Shown here: positions 1 to 11,700 of the stretch, piece by piece
Layout of the letters: each line of letters begins with the position of its first letter
Position numbering within the stretch: the first letter of the stretch is position 1
Source: Candidatus Aminicenantes bacterium
GTDB lineage: Bacteria; Acidobacteriota; UBA4820; DSQY01
Length of the DNA: 32,469 bases
Direction: 5' to 3'
NCBI GenBank assembly: GCA_027365515.1
Contig: DAHXMK010000022.1
Coordinates: 1 to 32,469, forward strand
The notes under the pieces: model-generated
What the model was told of the DNA's origin: nothing
The model's input: only the letters and a program-made list of their open reading frames with translations
Database searches by the model: none
Program-made: the position numbers and the translations under genes

Positions 1-891
1 ATAGTGGCTTCAAACCAACAAGACCTGAGGGCGGTCCTGGCGGGAGAGCTGCGCTTTGCCAAGCCGAGCGAGGTTGCACGCCTCGCTCTTCCAGGAAGCG
101 GCTACGCCTTGAAGCAGGCCCACATGGTGCCGGCTGGAATATGGCTCACCCTTTCGCGCCGCGACGAGAAAGGAGTAACGCCGGTGCTTTTGGGGGGGAA
201 GCCGGTTGAGGAGCTTCTGTGCGAAGCGCGCGGAGGCAGCGTGGAAGTGCTGCTGCCCGAAGAGGCTTTGCGCGGGCGCAATGGCGCGATCAAGATCGGA
301 ACGATCGAGCTACCAGGCCAGTGGGGCACGGGGCCCGCGACGCTGAAGGCGGGAGAATGGACCCTTGACGTTCCGGCAGGGGCGTTCGCCAGACTCGAGC
401 TGGAAGGAAGGGGCGGCACAACGGTAAACGTGACCTGCGGGCCATATTCAACGAGAGGCGGTTCTCTGCTCTCTTATCGAGCCAAAGGGAACGCCGCCTC
501 CCGGGAGGGCATCCTTTTCGGCGGAAGGTGGGCAAAGAAGCTCGATGGCCGGCCTATGAACTTAATAGGCAACGGGATCTACAGCATCGGCGAGGACCAC
601 ACGGCGCCGAGGTGGGGAGGGCTCTACTTCGCGACATTCCCGCATCTCGGGGAGCGGGAGGCGAGGCTCACGATTGAAGATTCCGGCTCCGGCCCCGATC
701 CCTACAGCCTGCACGTGATGCTTGACGGCCATCCCATCTTTCCCGACTGGCATTCGGCCGCGCGCCAGGTCCGCGTTGACCTGACGGGGATCGCGCCCGG
801 CCGTCACGTGCTGTCGGGGCGATGCTCGGACAGGGCCGGCAACTCCGCCGTTCTCGCCCCTGTAGTCTTTGTCCTCGAAGGCAATCGGTGA
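1..891 (+). CDS. hypothetical protein, probably 5'-truncated by the window edge; C-terminal Ig-like segment suspected
   Basis: The frame is open from base 1 (the track starts at GTG 4, and codon 1-3 is in frame with no stop). The stop is at 889-891. The C-terminal stretch GRHVLSGRCSDRAGNSA resembles the HxLxVxAxDxAGN pattern of bacterial Ig-like domains. No other family was recognised. Confidence 0.5.
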   Translation: MVASNQQDLRAVLAGELRFAKPSEVARLALPGSGYALKQAHMVPAGIWLTLSRRDEKGVTPVLLGGKPVEELLCEARGGSVEVLLPEEALRGRNGAIKIGTIELPGQWGTGPATLKAGEWTLDVPAGAFARLELEGRGGTTVNVTCGPYSTRGGSLLSYRAKGNAASREGILFGGRWAKKLDGRPMNLIGNGIYSIGEDHTAPRWGGLYFATFPHLGEREARLTIEDSGSGPDPYSLHVMLDGHPIFPDWHSAARQVRVDLTGIAPGRHVLSGRCSDRAGNSAVLAPVVFVLEGNR

Positions 892-990
892 GACAGGGCG
901 GCATATTCTCTCGTAAAGCGAAATGGGGTAAAATACAGGTCTGTGCAGTCGGCGCCACAGGGCGCCTTCATTTCGCATCAAGGAGGGGTC

Positions 991-3087
991 ATGAAGGTCT
1001 ACGGTCCGAAGGAGATTCGCAACGTGGTGCTGTTGGGACACGGTGGCGTGGGCAAGACGACGCTCACGTCGGCGATGCTTTTCGCCTCGAAGTCGGTGAG
1101 CCGGTTCGGCAGGGTGGACGACGGCACCGCCTTTACCGACACCGAGGATGATGAGATCGAGCGCAAGCTTTCGATCTCCACCGGACTCGCCTTCTGCGAA
1201 TGGAACAAGCTCAAGGTCAACATTCTGGACGCGCCCGGTTATGGCAACTTCATCGCCGAGGCCAGGGGGCCGATCCGCGTTTCCGACACGGCGATGGTGC
1301 TGGTTTCCGCCGTTTCCGGCGTCGAGGTTATGACGAACAAAGGGTGGGAGTACGCCGAGGAGTTCGGCGTCCCGCGCGTTCTGGTCATCAACAAGATGGA
1401 CCGCGAAAACGCCTCCTTTGACCGGGCGCTGGCCAGCATAACCGAAAACTTCGGGCGGCTCGCCGTTCCGGCGATGCTCCCTCTTGGCCAGGAAAAGGAC
1501 TTTACCGGGGTCATTGATCTCGTCCACGGCAAGGCGCACGTATACTCCGGCGACGAATCGGGCTCGTACAAGGAAGAAGAGATCCCAGCCGGCCAAAAGG
1601 AGGCCGTGGCCAAGGCGAGAGCCGCGCTGGTAGAAGCCGTAGCGGAACTGGACGAAAAGCTGATGGAGAAGTATTTCGAGGCGGGCGATCTAACTCCTGA
1701 AGAGCTGACGGCCGCGTTGCGGATCGGCGTCGCGCAGGACAAGATCTTCCCGGTGCTCTGTTGCGCGGCGAGCAAGAACGTCGGCGTCTCGGATGTCCTC
1801 AACTTCCTCGCCGAGTTCGGCCCATCGCCGTCCGACCGACCCGCCTGGCAAGCAAAGGGCGCCGACGGCGCAGATGTTGAGATTGCCGTTGATGCCGCCG
1901 GCCCGGCTACGGTCTTCGCCTTCAAGACCATCTCCGACCCGGCGCAGGGCCGCATCACGGTTTTCAAGGTGATCTCCGGCACGCTTGACGCCGACGCGAC
2001 CTTATTGAATTCGAGAACGGGAAACCCTGAGAGAATGTCGGGCCTCTTCGAGATGAAGGGCAAGGAGCGCGTCAAGTGCGAGCAGGCCGCCGCTGGCGAC
2101 ATAGCGGCCGTGATGAAGCTCAAGGAGACGCAGACGGGCGACTCGCTGTGCGCCAAGGAAAAGATCGTCACGTTTCCGCCGGTCAAGTACCCGATTCCGG
2201 CCATCTCCTTCGCGGTCGAGCCCAAAAGCCGCGGCGACGAGGAAAAGATCGCTCAGGCTCTCACCAAGATGGTGGAGGAGGACCCGAACTTCAAGGTCGG
2301 GCGCGACCCGCAGACCAAGGAGATGCTCGTCTCCGGCCAGGGGACCCAGCACGTCGAGATCGTGGTTGCGCGCGTGCAGAGGCGCTACGGCGTCCAGATG
2401 AACATGAAGCAGCCGAAGGTGCCTTATAAGGAGACGATCAAGGGGCGCGCCGAAGTCCACGCCAGGCACAAGAAGCAGACCGGGGGCCACGGCCAGTTCG
2501 CCGACATTCAAATCAAGATGGAACCTCTGCAGAGGGGCTCGGGCTTCGAGTTCAAGGATGACATCTTCGGGGGATCCGTGCCTCGCAACTTCATCCCGGC
2601 CGTCGAGAAGGGCATGCTGGAATCGCTTGAGCGCGGTGCTCTGGCCGGGTACCCGGTCGTTGACCTTCGCGTGACGCTTTTCGACGGCGGCTTCCACCCC
2701 GTAGACTCCTCCGAAATGGCCTTCAAAATAGCCGCCCACATGGGGTTCAAGGAGGCGATGGAGAAGTGCAGGCCCACGTTGCTCGAACCGGTGATGAACC
2801 TGGAAGTCGTTGTCCCGGAAGAGTGCATGGGCGACGTAATGGGCGATCTGAACAGCCGCCGCGGCCGCATCCAGGGCATGAGCCAAAAGGGCCATAACCA
2901 GGTGATCAAGGCTCAGGTTCCGCTTGCCGAGGTCTTGACCTACGCATCCACATTGAAGTCAATGACGGCCGACCGGGGCTCGTTCTCGATGGAGTTCGCC
3001 TCCTACGAGGAAGCCCCCGCAATGATTCAGCAGAAGATCGTCGAGGAGGCCAAGAAGGCCAAAGAGGCCGAAGAGGCCGAGAAATAG
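991..3087 (+). CDS. elongation factor G paralog (EF-G2-like translational GTPase)
   Basis: ATG 991 follows AGGAGG at 981-986. The G1 motif is LLGHGGVGKTTL, with DAPGYGNF (G3) and INKMD (G4). EF-G domains II-V are recognisable through the C terminus. The GHxxxGKTTL form of G1 matches my memory of Thermus EF-G-2 rather than the canonical AHIDAGKTT. No rpsL, rpsG or tuf neighbours are present. Confidence 0.9.
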   Translation: MKVYGPKEIRNVVLLGHGGVGKTTLTSAMLFASKSVSRFGRVDDGTAFTDTEDDEIERKLSISTGLAFCEWNKLKVNILDAPGYGNFIAEARGPIRVSDTAMVLVSAVSGVEVMTNKGWEYAEEFGVPRVLVINKMDRENASFDRALASITENFGRLAVPAMLPLGQEKDFTGVIDLVHGKAHVYSGDESGSYKEEEIPAGQKEAVAKARAALVEAVAELDEKLMEKYFEAGDLTPEELTAALRIGVAQDKIFPVLCCAASKNVGVSDVLNFLAEFGPSPSDRPAWQAKGADGADVEIAVDAAGPATVFAFKTISDPAQGRITVFKVISGTLDADATLLNSRTGNPERMSGLFEMKGKERVKCEQAAAGDIAAVMKLKETQTGDSLCAKEKIVTFPPVKYPIPAISFAVEPKSRGDEEKIAQALTKMVEEDPNFKVGRDPQTKEMLVSGQGTQHVEIVVARVQRRYGVQMNMKQPKVPYKETIKGRAEVHARHKKQTGGHGQFADIQIKMEPLQRGSGFEFKDDIFGGSVPRNFIPAVEKGMLESLERGALAGYPVVDLRVTLFDGGFHPVDSSEMAFKIAAHMGFKEAMEKCRPTLLEPVMNLEVVVPEECMGDVMGDLNSRRGRIQGMSQKGHNQVIKAQVPLAEVLTYASTLKSMTADRGSFSMEFASYEEAPAMIQQKIVEEAKKAKEAEEAEK

Positions 3088-3126
3088 CCCCTTCGCAGTG
3101 CCTGGACATGGGTTCCTGAATGCTTT

Positions 3127-3165
3127 CGCCGGGATGCAATGGTTTGGCTCCCGGCGTTTGTTTCT
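3127..3165 (+). terminator. rho-independent terminator candidate after the EF-G paralog
   Basis: An 8-bp stem pairs cgccggga (3127-3134) with tcccggcg (3149-3156). The loop is 14 nt and is followed by tttgtttct. Confidence 0.55.
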
Positions 3166-3183
3166 AAGACAAGGAGGCGCGAC

Positions 3184-3672
3184 ATGCTTGGCATTCCGTA
3201 CCTTCATCCGGTCCTGGTGCATTTTCCGGTGGCTTTCCTTCTCCTGGCAGCCTTCACCGCGTTCGCATGGCTGATTCGAGGCAAAACATTCTGGCGCCAA
3301 GCTACCGCGCTGTTGCTTGCCGCGGGCGTGCTCGGCGGCTTTGCCGCGTATTATACCGGGGACGACGTGGCCGAGGCCTTCAAGGATAAGCCTTCCGTCA
3401 AAGCCTTGGTGGAGCAACACGAGGATGGCGCGCTCTGGACGATGATCTTTGGCTGCGCGGCGCTGGCCGGGTTTATTGCCGCGGAGATATCCTCCAGGGA
3501 CAAAGAGAGAAAGGGGTTGGACGGGCCGGATCGAAAGCTCCGCCTCCGTGCCCTCCTTTTCGTCCTGGCCTTCGCGGCGGCCGTCCTAGTGGGATACACG
3601 GGCCACCTGGGCGGGACGATGGTTTGGGGCTCGGCGCCCGCCAGGCCGGCGCCTGACAGTGGAATGAAGTGA
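3184..3672 (+). CDS. DUF2231-like integral membrane protein
   Basis: ATG 3184 follows AAGGAGG. The N-terminal HPVLVHFPVAFLL motif and about four hydrophobic helices fit DUF2231. The longer track start at 3139 lies inside the upstream terminator hairpin, so I disfavour it. Confidence 0.75.
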   Translation: MLGIPYLHPVLVHFPVAFLLLAAFTAFAWLIRGKTFWRQATALLLAAGVLGGFAAYYTGDDVAEAFKDKPSVKALVEQHEDGALWTMIFGCAALAGFIAAEISSRDKERKGLDGPDRKLRLRALLFVLAFAAAVLVGYTGHLGGTMVWGSAPARPAPDSGMK

Positions 3673-3703
3673 CATATTTTTCTAAAAGCCGTATGATGTA
3701 ACC

Positions 3704-3814
3704 CGCGCAGGGAGTGCGGCCTGGCGAGCTTCTTATTGAGGGCCGCTGAGAGGCGTCTCGCGGACGCCAACCCCTTGAACCTGAACCGGGTAATGCCGGC
3801 GGAGGGAATGCGTT
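3704..3814 (+). promoter_or_regulatory. TPP (THI-box) riboswitch aptamer upstream of thiC
   Basis: The sequence contains GGGAGTGC...CTGAGAGG...ACCCCTTGAACCTGAACCGGGTAATGCCGGCGGAGGGAA, which matches the conserved THI-element core (CUGAGA, ACCUGAuCnGGnUAAUnCCnGCGnAGGGA). It is closed by a short P1 helix (cgca 3706-3709 with tgcg 3809-3812). It sits about 80 nt upstream of the thiC start. Confidence 0.9.
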
Positions 3815-3816
3815 GA

Positions 3817-5691
<1,875 letters not shown>

Positions 5692-5707
5692 TTTGCTCAC
5701 GCCTCGC

Positions 5708-6892
5708 TCATTTCGCATCCGCGCGGAAGGCTTCATAGCCCGTTATATCGGCCCCTACCACGAGCTTGTGGATGTCGTGGGTTCCTTCGTACGTGTACAC
5801 GCTTTCAAGGTTCTGCATATGGCGCATCGCCTGGTATTCGTCGAGGATGCCGTTGGCGCCCAAGATGTCCCTTGCGTCGCGGGCCGTGTCTCGCGCCATC
5901 GAAACGCATAACATCTTCGCCAGGCTGACCTGCTGGTGGCGCAGAGTGCCGGCGTTCTTCAGGCCGCCCAGCCTCCAGACCAGAAGCTGGGCCTGCGTGA
6001 TGCTGGCCACCATTTTGACGAGTTTGTCCTGGACAAGTTGGAACCTGGCGATCGGGCCGTCGAACATTATCCGCTCTCTGGCGTACCGCAACGCCTCGTC
6101 GTAACAGGCTTGAGCCGCCCCGACAACGCCCCACGCTATGCCGTAGCGCGCCTGATTCAAGCAGGAGAGCGGCGCTCGCAAGCCGAGCGCTTTGGGAAGG
6201 CGGCTCGATTCGTGTAGGCGGACATCCTCGAAGACGAGCTCCGAAGTGACGGAGGCCCTTAGCGAAAGCTTGCCCTTCATCTCCGGGGCGCTGAAGCCCG
6301 GCGCGCCCTTCTCAACGAGGAATCCGAGTATGCCTTCCTCCGATCGCGCCCACACCACCGCGACATCCGCGATAGTCCCGTTGGTGATCCACATCTTCGA
6401 ACCGTTGAGAACCCAGCCGTCACCGGCCTTGGAGGCGCGCGTCTTCATTGAGCCCGGGTCGGATCCGGCGTCCGGCTCCGTCAGGCCGTAGCACCCTATC
6501 GCCTCGCCCCTGGCCAGCTTCGGAAGCCAGCGGTGCTTCTGCTCTTCGGAGCCGTAGGTGAATATCGGGTACATGACGAGGCTGCCCTGAACGGAGGCGA
6601 AAGAACGGACGGCCGAATCACCCCGCTCCAGCTCCTGCATGATCAAACCGTAGGCTATGTTGTCGAGCCCCGCGGCCCCGTACTCCTCGGGCAGGTTTGC
6701 TCCCAAAAGGCCGAGCGCCCCCATCTCGGAGACCAACTCCTTGGGAAACGTTCCTTCTCTATAGTGGGCGGCAATGATGGGAAGGACCTTTTCGTCAACC
6801 CAGGCCCGTACCGTGTCCCGAACCATTTTCTGTTCAGCCGTGAAAAGCTCGTCGCAGCGGTAATAGTCCAATCCTTGGAATTTAGCAGCCAT
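5708..6892 (-). CDS. gcdH: acyl-CoA dehydrogenase, glutaryl-CoA dehydrogenase-like
   Basis: The full-length protein (394 aa) shows a close motif-by-motif resemblance to GCDH as I remember it: GCYGLTEPDAGSDP, KMWITNG, FSLRAS, ARYGIAWG and YEGTHDIH with the catalytic Glu. Confidence 0.85.
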   Translation of the reverse strand: MAAKFQGLDYYRCDELFTAEQKMVRDTVRAWVDEKVLPIIAAHYREGTFPKELVSEMGALGLLGANLPEEYGAAGLDNIAYGLIMQELERGDSAVRSFASVQGSLVMYPIFTYGSEEQKHRWLPKLARGEAIGCYGLTEPDAGSDPGSMKTRASKAGDGWVLNGSKMWITNGTIADVAVVWARSEEGILGFLVEKGAPGFSAPEMKGKLSLRASVTSELVFEDVRLHESSRLPKALGLRAPLSCLNQARYGIAWGVVGAAQACYDEALRYARERIMFDGPIARFQLVQDKLVKMVASITQAQLLVWRLGGLKNAGTLRHQQVSLAKMLCVSMARDTARDARDILGANGILDEYQAMRHMQNLESVYTYEGTHDIHKLVVGADITGYEAFRADAK

Positions 6893-7089
6893 ACTATGAA
6901 CCTCTCGACAACGCTTGTTCCGCTTCCTAGTTCAGTTCCACATTTCTCCCCGGCTCTTAACCATCGCCACTGCCCCCCGATTGACACTGTAACACCGGCG
7001 CCAATGGATGGGCAAGCCGTTGCCGGCTGCTTCCACCATGCCAACAGGCCACGTTTCGTGTTCGTGTGCTAACATCTCCATCCCATGGC

Positions 7090-7118
7090 TTGTCACAAAG
7101 GCTTTCAGGTGTTACATT
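7090..7118 (+). promoter_or_regulatory. sigma70-like promoter candidate for the ATPase module
   Basis: TTGTCA (7090-7095), a 17-nt spacer, then TACATT (7113-7118). It lies about 20 nt upstream of the Shine-Dalgarno sequence (SD) and ATG at 7140. This rests on hexamer matching alone. Confidence 0.3.
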
Positions 7119-7139
7119 GGGGAAGAGGGAGAAGCGGTC

Positions 7140-8363
7140 ATGGCCGAAAAAGTTGTCTTTGAATCAGCCAGGAAGTCCGATGCGGACATGCGGCAGGCCA
7201 GAAACCCAGTCGAGGACAAGAACGTAATCGAGGAGGTTGACAAGGTTATCTCGGGGGCCGCGGAGTCGGGCGCGACGGAGGTTCACCTAGAGCCGGTGCA
7301 GGACGGATATGTCATCAGGGTAAGAGAGGGGACGGCACTTCGCAAAGTCAACGAGATCCCCGAAAGGTTGAAACTCAACGTAGCCAACAGAATCAAGGTC
7401 CTGGCCGGGCTCGACATCACGAAGAACCGGATTCCCCAAAACGGCTACTTCAAGCTGGTCCACGGGGAAAAGAAGCTCGAACTGAACGTATATACGATAC
7501 CTATGCTTTTCGGCGAGTCCATCGTGATCAAGCTTTCCTACAAGGTTAGCGCCACGATGAGGCTCAACCAGCTTGGAATGCAGCCGGCGGTTCTGGCAGC
7601 CTACCAGAAGGCGCTCGCCAGGGGCTCAGGCCTCTACCTGGTCACCGGGCCGCCCGGATCGGGAAAGCGCACCACGATTTATGCTTCGATCCTGGAACAG
7701 CTCCGTCCAGACCAGCTTGCCTTGGGGTTTGATCCCGTCGTCAAATATGAGATAGAGGGAATGATCCAGGGCAAGCCCGAAGAGAAGAGCGAGTACACCT
7801 TCGCCGAGGCCATCGTGGCTTTAATGAGGCAGGAGCCCGACGTGGCATACATCGGCGACATCAGCAGCGAGCCAGACGCCAGGGCGACGATCCAGGGCGC
7901 CTTCGCGAAGAGGCTGGTTCTGGCGCGAATGACGGCCAACGATTCGGTGAGCACCATACAAAACCTTATAGACATGGGAATCCAACCATTCCTGATCGTT
8001 GCCTCTCTGGCCGCAGTCATCAACCAGCGAATGGTGAGGCGGCTTTGCCCCTCCTGCCGCCAGCCCTATCCGGCAAACGCCGACATCGAAAAGGAGATAG
8101 GACTGAAGCTGCCACAGGGGGCCAACTTCTTCAAACCTCAAGGCTGTCAGGCGTGCCAGGGGACCGGTTACCGCGGAATCATCTGCCTCTACGAGCTATA
8201 TAAGCCCAACGAGGAGTTGGGCAAGATGATCATAGCGAAGGAACCGGTTCAGCAGATAAGGTTGAAAGCGTTCAAGGAACAAACCTTTACGCTGAAGGTT
8301 GATGGAATTATGAAGGCTTTGGGGGGCTACGCCTCTCTCGAAGACGTGCTCAATTGCCTATAA
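7140..8363 (+). CDS. GspE/PilB-family secretion-type ATPase homolog with degenerate catalytic motifs
   Basis: ATG 7140 follows GGAAGAGGGAGAAG. Recognisable family features are ATEVHLEP, RIPQNGY, Walker A GPPGSGKRTT and a C-terminal tetracysteine (CPSCRQ...CQACQGTGYRG). The Asp box, Walker B Glu and His box are substituted (see findings). Confidence 0.85.
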   Translation: MAEKVVFESARKSDADMRQARNPVEDKNVIEEVDKVISGAAESGATEVHLEPVQDGYVIRVREGTALRKVNEIPERLKLNVANRIKVLAGLDITKNRIPQNGYFKLVHGEKKLELNVYTIPMLFGESIVIKLSYKVSATMRLNQLGMQPAVLAAYQKALARGSGLYLVTGPPGSGKRTTIYASILEQLRPDQLALGFDPVVKYEIEGMIQGKPEEKSEYTFAEAIVALMRQEPDVAYIGDISSEPDARATIQGAFAKRLVLARMTANDSVSTIQNLIDMGIQPFLIVASLAAVINQRMVRRLCPSCRQPYPANADIEKEIGLKLPQGANFFKPQGCQACQGTGYRGIICLYELYKPNEELGKMIIAKEPVQQIRLKAFKEQTFTLKVDGIMKALGGYASLEDVLNCL

Positions 8364-8377
8364 GGGAGGTACTCTGA

Positions 8378-8773
8378 ATGCAACAAAAGCTCATCCTGAG
8401 ACGGCGCGACGGGGCCATGGTGAAGTGCTGCACCTATTCGCATTTTTCCGCCGCCTTCAAGAGTATCAAGGTGATCAATACCGACGGGAAGGTCGAATCG
8501 GTGCCGCTATCGGATCTCAAAGCCATCTTCTTCGTGAAAGACTTCGGCGGGAACCCCCATTACCACGCCCACGGCGATTTTTCCGACGAATCCCCGAAGG
8601 CCGGACAGGTAGTGAAAGTGACTTTTCACGACGGCGAGACGATGCGCGGCAGGGTCATCAACATGGCCGAGGGCCACTCTGGTTTCTTCATCTTTCCGGC
8701 GGACCCTTTGGACAATAACGAGAAGGTCTTTATCGTGCGCTCCAATGATATCCGCGTAGAGGTGGAAGGTTGA
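8378..8773 (+). CDS. small hypothetical protein (131 aa) with an apparent internal duplication of a beta-rich unit
   Basis: ATG 8378 follows GGGAGG. The gene starts 14 nt after the GspE-like stop, and its stop overlaps the next gene's TTG start (TTGA). I recognised no family. Confidence 0.7.
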   Translation: MQQKLILRRRDGAMVKCCTYSHFSAAFKSIKVINTDGKVESVPLSDLKAIFFVKDFGGNPHYHAHGDFSDESPKAGQVVKVTFHDGETMRGRVINMAEGHSGFFIFPADPLDNNEKVFIVRSNDIRVEVEG

Positions 8774-11700
8774 CGCTTTCGCTCAGTGAAGCGCTGGATA
8801 AGGCGCGGGAAAGGCTGGCGTTTCTTTCGGTTGCCGCGCCAAGCCGCAAGGAGGGCGGGGATTCCGCCAGCGAGGAAGCGTATTCATTTCTCGCGGAGGC
8901 TTTTTATATGGTCACCGCCGCTGGGATGGCCGGAAGCGCCCAGAAGAACAACTTCATCAAGGAGCTTGCGCAACGTGCGATTGCCGCGATGCAGGACCCA
9001 TCTATGGAAAACCACGCGGGGTTCCAGGGACGACTCTTCGCGCGCTACAGGGATCTTTTCGCCCAAGTATTCCCCGTCCATGGCGCCAGCCGGGACTTGG
9101 TACCGCTTTATCTTAGAAAGTACCAGCAGATACTTGACGACATGGCCCATCTCTCCTCGCTCCAACCCTCCGCCAGAAAAGGTCCTGATGTCGAAAGGGC
9201 TCTCGTTGATGCCTTGACCTTCTTTGTCAACAACTGGACGGGGGCTCTCGCTATCGTCAGGCCTTCATCTCAGACGATGGAAGCTCCGGAGGTGGAGGTG
9301 CTGCCAGGGAACAACGGGCTGGCGGTCTCCAGGCTGAAAAGCCTCTCGCGCCAGATCAGGGATGGGTTGTATCTAGTGCACGAAACGGTTCCACCCCTTC
9401 CGCTTTATCCCTTTTTCTTCACGGACGAGAACAAATCATATATTTTCAGGATGCTGACCTCCGAAGGAGTATTCTACAGGGCCCTTGGCTCCGACGGCTA
9501 CAGCCTGATGTTCGCCACGCAGCTTGTCATGGACTTGGCCGAGTCGCTACTCAGGCTGGGTGCCTACGGGAAGGCTATCAACCTTTACAGAATCGCCGGC
9601 GGCAAAAATAGAGAGGCCGCCCTCTACGCATCGGTCCTAACACACTGCTTAAATGCCCAGGACTATTCGTCCCGCGGAGAGCCGGCGAGAGCGGTAGGGG
9701 AGTGGGAACTCGCCCTGACCGTCAAGCCTGACTACCCGGTCCTTTACCATGAAATGGCTAACGACTGCCTCGCCGCCAATAGGCCGCAGCAAGCTATATC
9801 AGCCTTGAACAGGCTCCTTGAAAGGTTCCCCGTCAGCGATGAAGCTTATGTATCGTTGGGCGACGTTTACGCCGCCAAAGCGGATTGGGGAAGGGCCCAG
9901 CGAGCCTACGAAAAGGCTATGATTCTCAATCCGCACCATCCTGCCGCATCCGAAAAACGCCAGGTGGCGCGAATCAAGCTTGAGGCGAAAGGAGCCGCTG
10001 AAGCAGGAGAGAAGGGGAGCACTCCGCAGGAAGAGTTGGTTTCTTCTCTAACGGACTTGGTAGCTAACAGGCCCAGAGTGGCGCTGGCGGGAAGGGAAGC
10101 TGAAGTAGCGCAGATCATCGAAGTTCTTTCTTGCCGCGATAAAAGAAACGCCTTGTTGGTAGGGGAGGCGGGAGTAGGCAAAACGGCCATTGTTGAAGAA
10201 GTGGCTTTGCGCCTGCATGAAGGCACGGCGCCCGAGCACCTGAAAGGAAAGCGAGTCCAATCCATTAACGTTCCGGCTTTGATCGCGGGAGCCAGATTTC
10301 GTGGCCAGTTCGAGGAACGCGTTCTTGATCTCGTAAGAAAGCTGCGGGAGAAAGGCGAGTTGGCCGTCATCGAAAACATGCACCAGCTCGTTCACACGGG
10401 CGGGTCGCGCGGGGCATCGCTGGATTCGGCGGCGCTCCTGAGCCCCGCGCTCTCGCGGGGCGAAATACAGGTCATAGGAACCACCGACGAGGAGGCGCTC
10501 TCGAACCTGCTCGAGAAAGACCCGTCGCTTCTTAAGAACTTTCACGTCATTCGAATAGAGGAACTGCCTCTAGAGGAAATCAAGAAGGTTTTGTGCCTGC
10601 GGCGCCCTGTTTATGAGGCTTACCATACCGTCTCGATTCCCTCGGGACTATTTGAAAACAGCCTCGACCTGATCCGGGCCTCGATAAATACGAGGTGTCT
10701 CCCAGAGAGCGCGCTCGACTTGATGGATCGCGCCGCTGCGCGCGTCGCGATGCGCGAGCCGTCCGGAGAATGTCTAGAAGTGACGCGAGAGGACATGCTC
10801 CAGACCCTCGCGGAGATGTCCGGTGTCTCATTGGACCGGTTGGCTCTTCTCAGCCACGATCGGCTTGCGAACATTGAACATATGCTCTCGGAAAAAGTAG
10901 TCGGGCAGGAGCGGGCCGTAAGCGCGGTAAGCAGGGTTGTGCGAAGCTGCAAGCTTGGCATGGACCTGGACGCGGACAGGCCAGACGGCGTCTTCCTTTT
11001 CGTGGGTCCCACTGGCGTAGGAAAAACCGAACTGGCAAAGCGCCTTGCCGAAGTTCTTTTCGGCGACGAGGAAAAGCTGATTCGCATTGACATGAGCGAA
11101 TACATGGAACGCATCAGCACTTCGAGGCTGATAGGCACGGCTCCGGGTTACGTCGGATATTACGATCAGAACCAGCTCGCCGACCGCGTCAGGCGCAATC
11201 CTTATTGCGTAGTCCTCTTTGACGAGGTCGAGAAGGCCGACCCCCAGGTCATGAACCTTTTCCTCCAAATATTTGATGCCGGCCGGCTAACCGACGGGAA
11301 AGGCCGAACCGTAAGATTCCACCACTCCACGATTATTATGACCAGCAATATTGGGACGGAGATGTTCTCTCATGGAATGCTCGGATACCGGGAGGAAACT
11401 GGCTCCTCTGGCCTGGACGAAGCTGTCATGAGGCAAGTCCGCTCGAATTTCGCCCCGGAATTTTTGAACCGCGTTGACGAAATAATAACGTTTGACAGCC
11501 TCGGTCCGGAGACAATGGAGTCCATTGTTGACCTCCAGCTGCAGGACCTGAAAGAGCGGCTTGCCCGGCAGGGAAAATCGCTGATACTCTCTTCCGGCGC
11601 CAAAAGACTCTTGGCAAGCCTGGGCTACTCATCGGAGTACGGCGCGCGAAACATAGGAAGAATTCTCAGGCGCCATGTCTCGGAACCGCTGGCACTTCTT

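Noticed and set aside
562-1596. A 344-aa minus-strand ORF overlapping the end of the first gene and the start of the EF-G paralog.
   Set aside because: It lies antisense to two well-supported genes. Its composition is Arg/Gly/Ala-rich and low-complexity, typical of shadow ORFs in GC-rich DNA. No motif was recognised.
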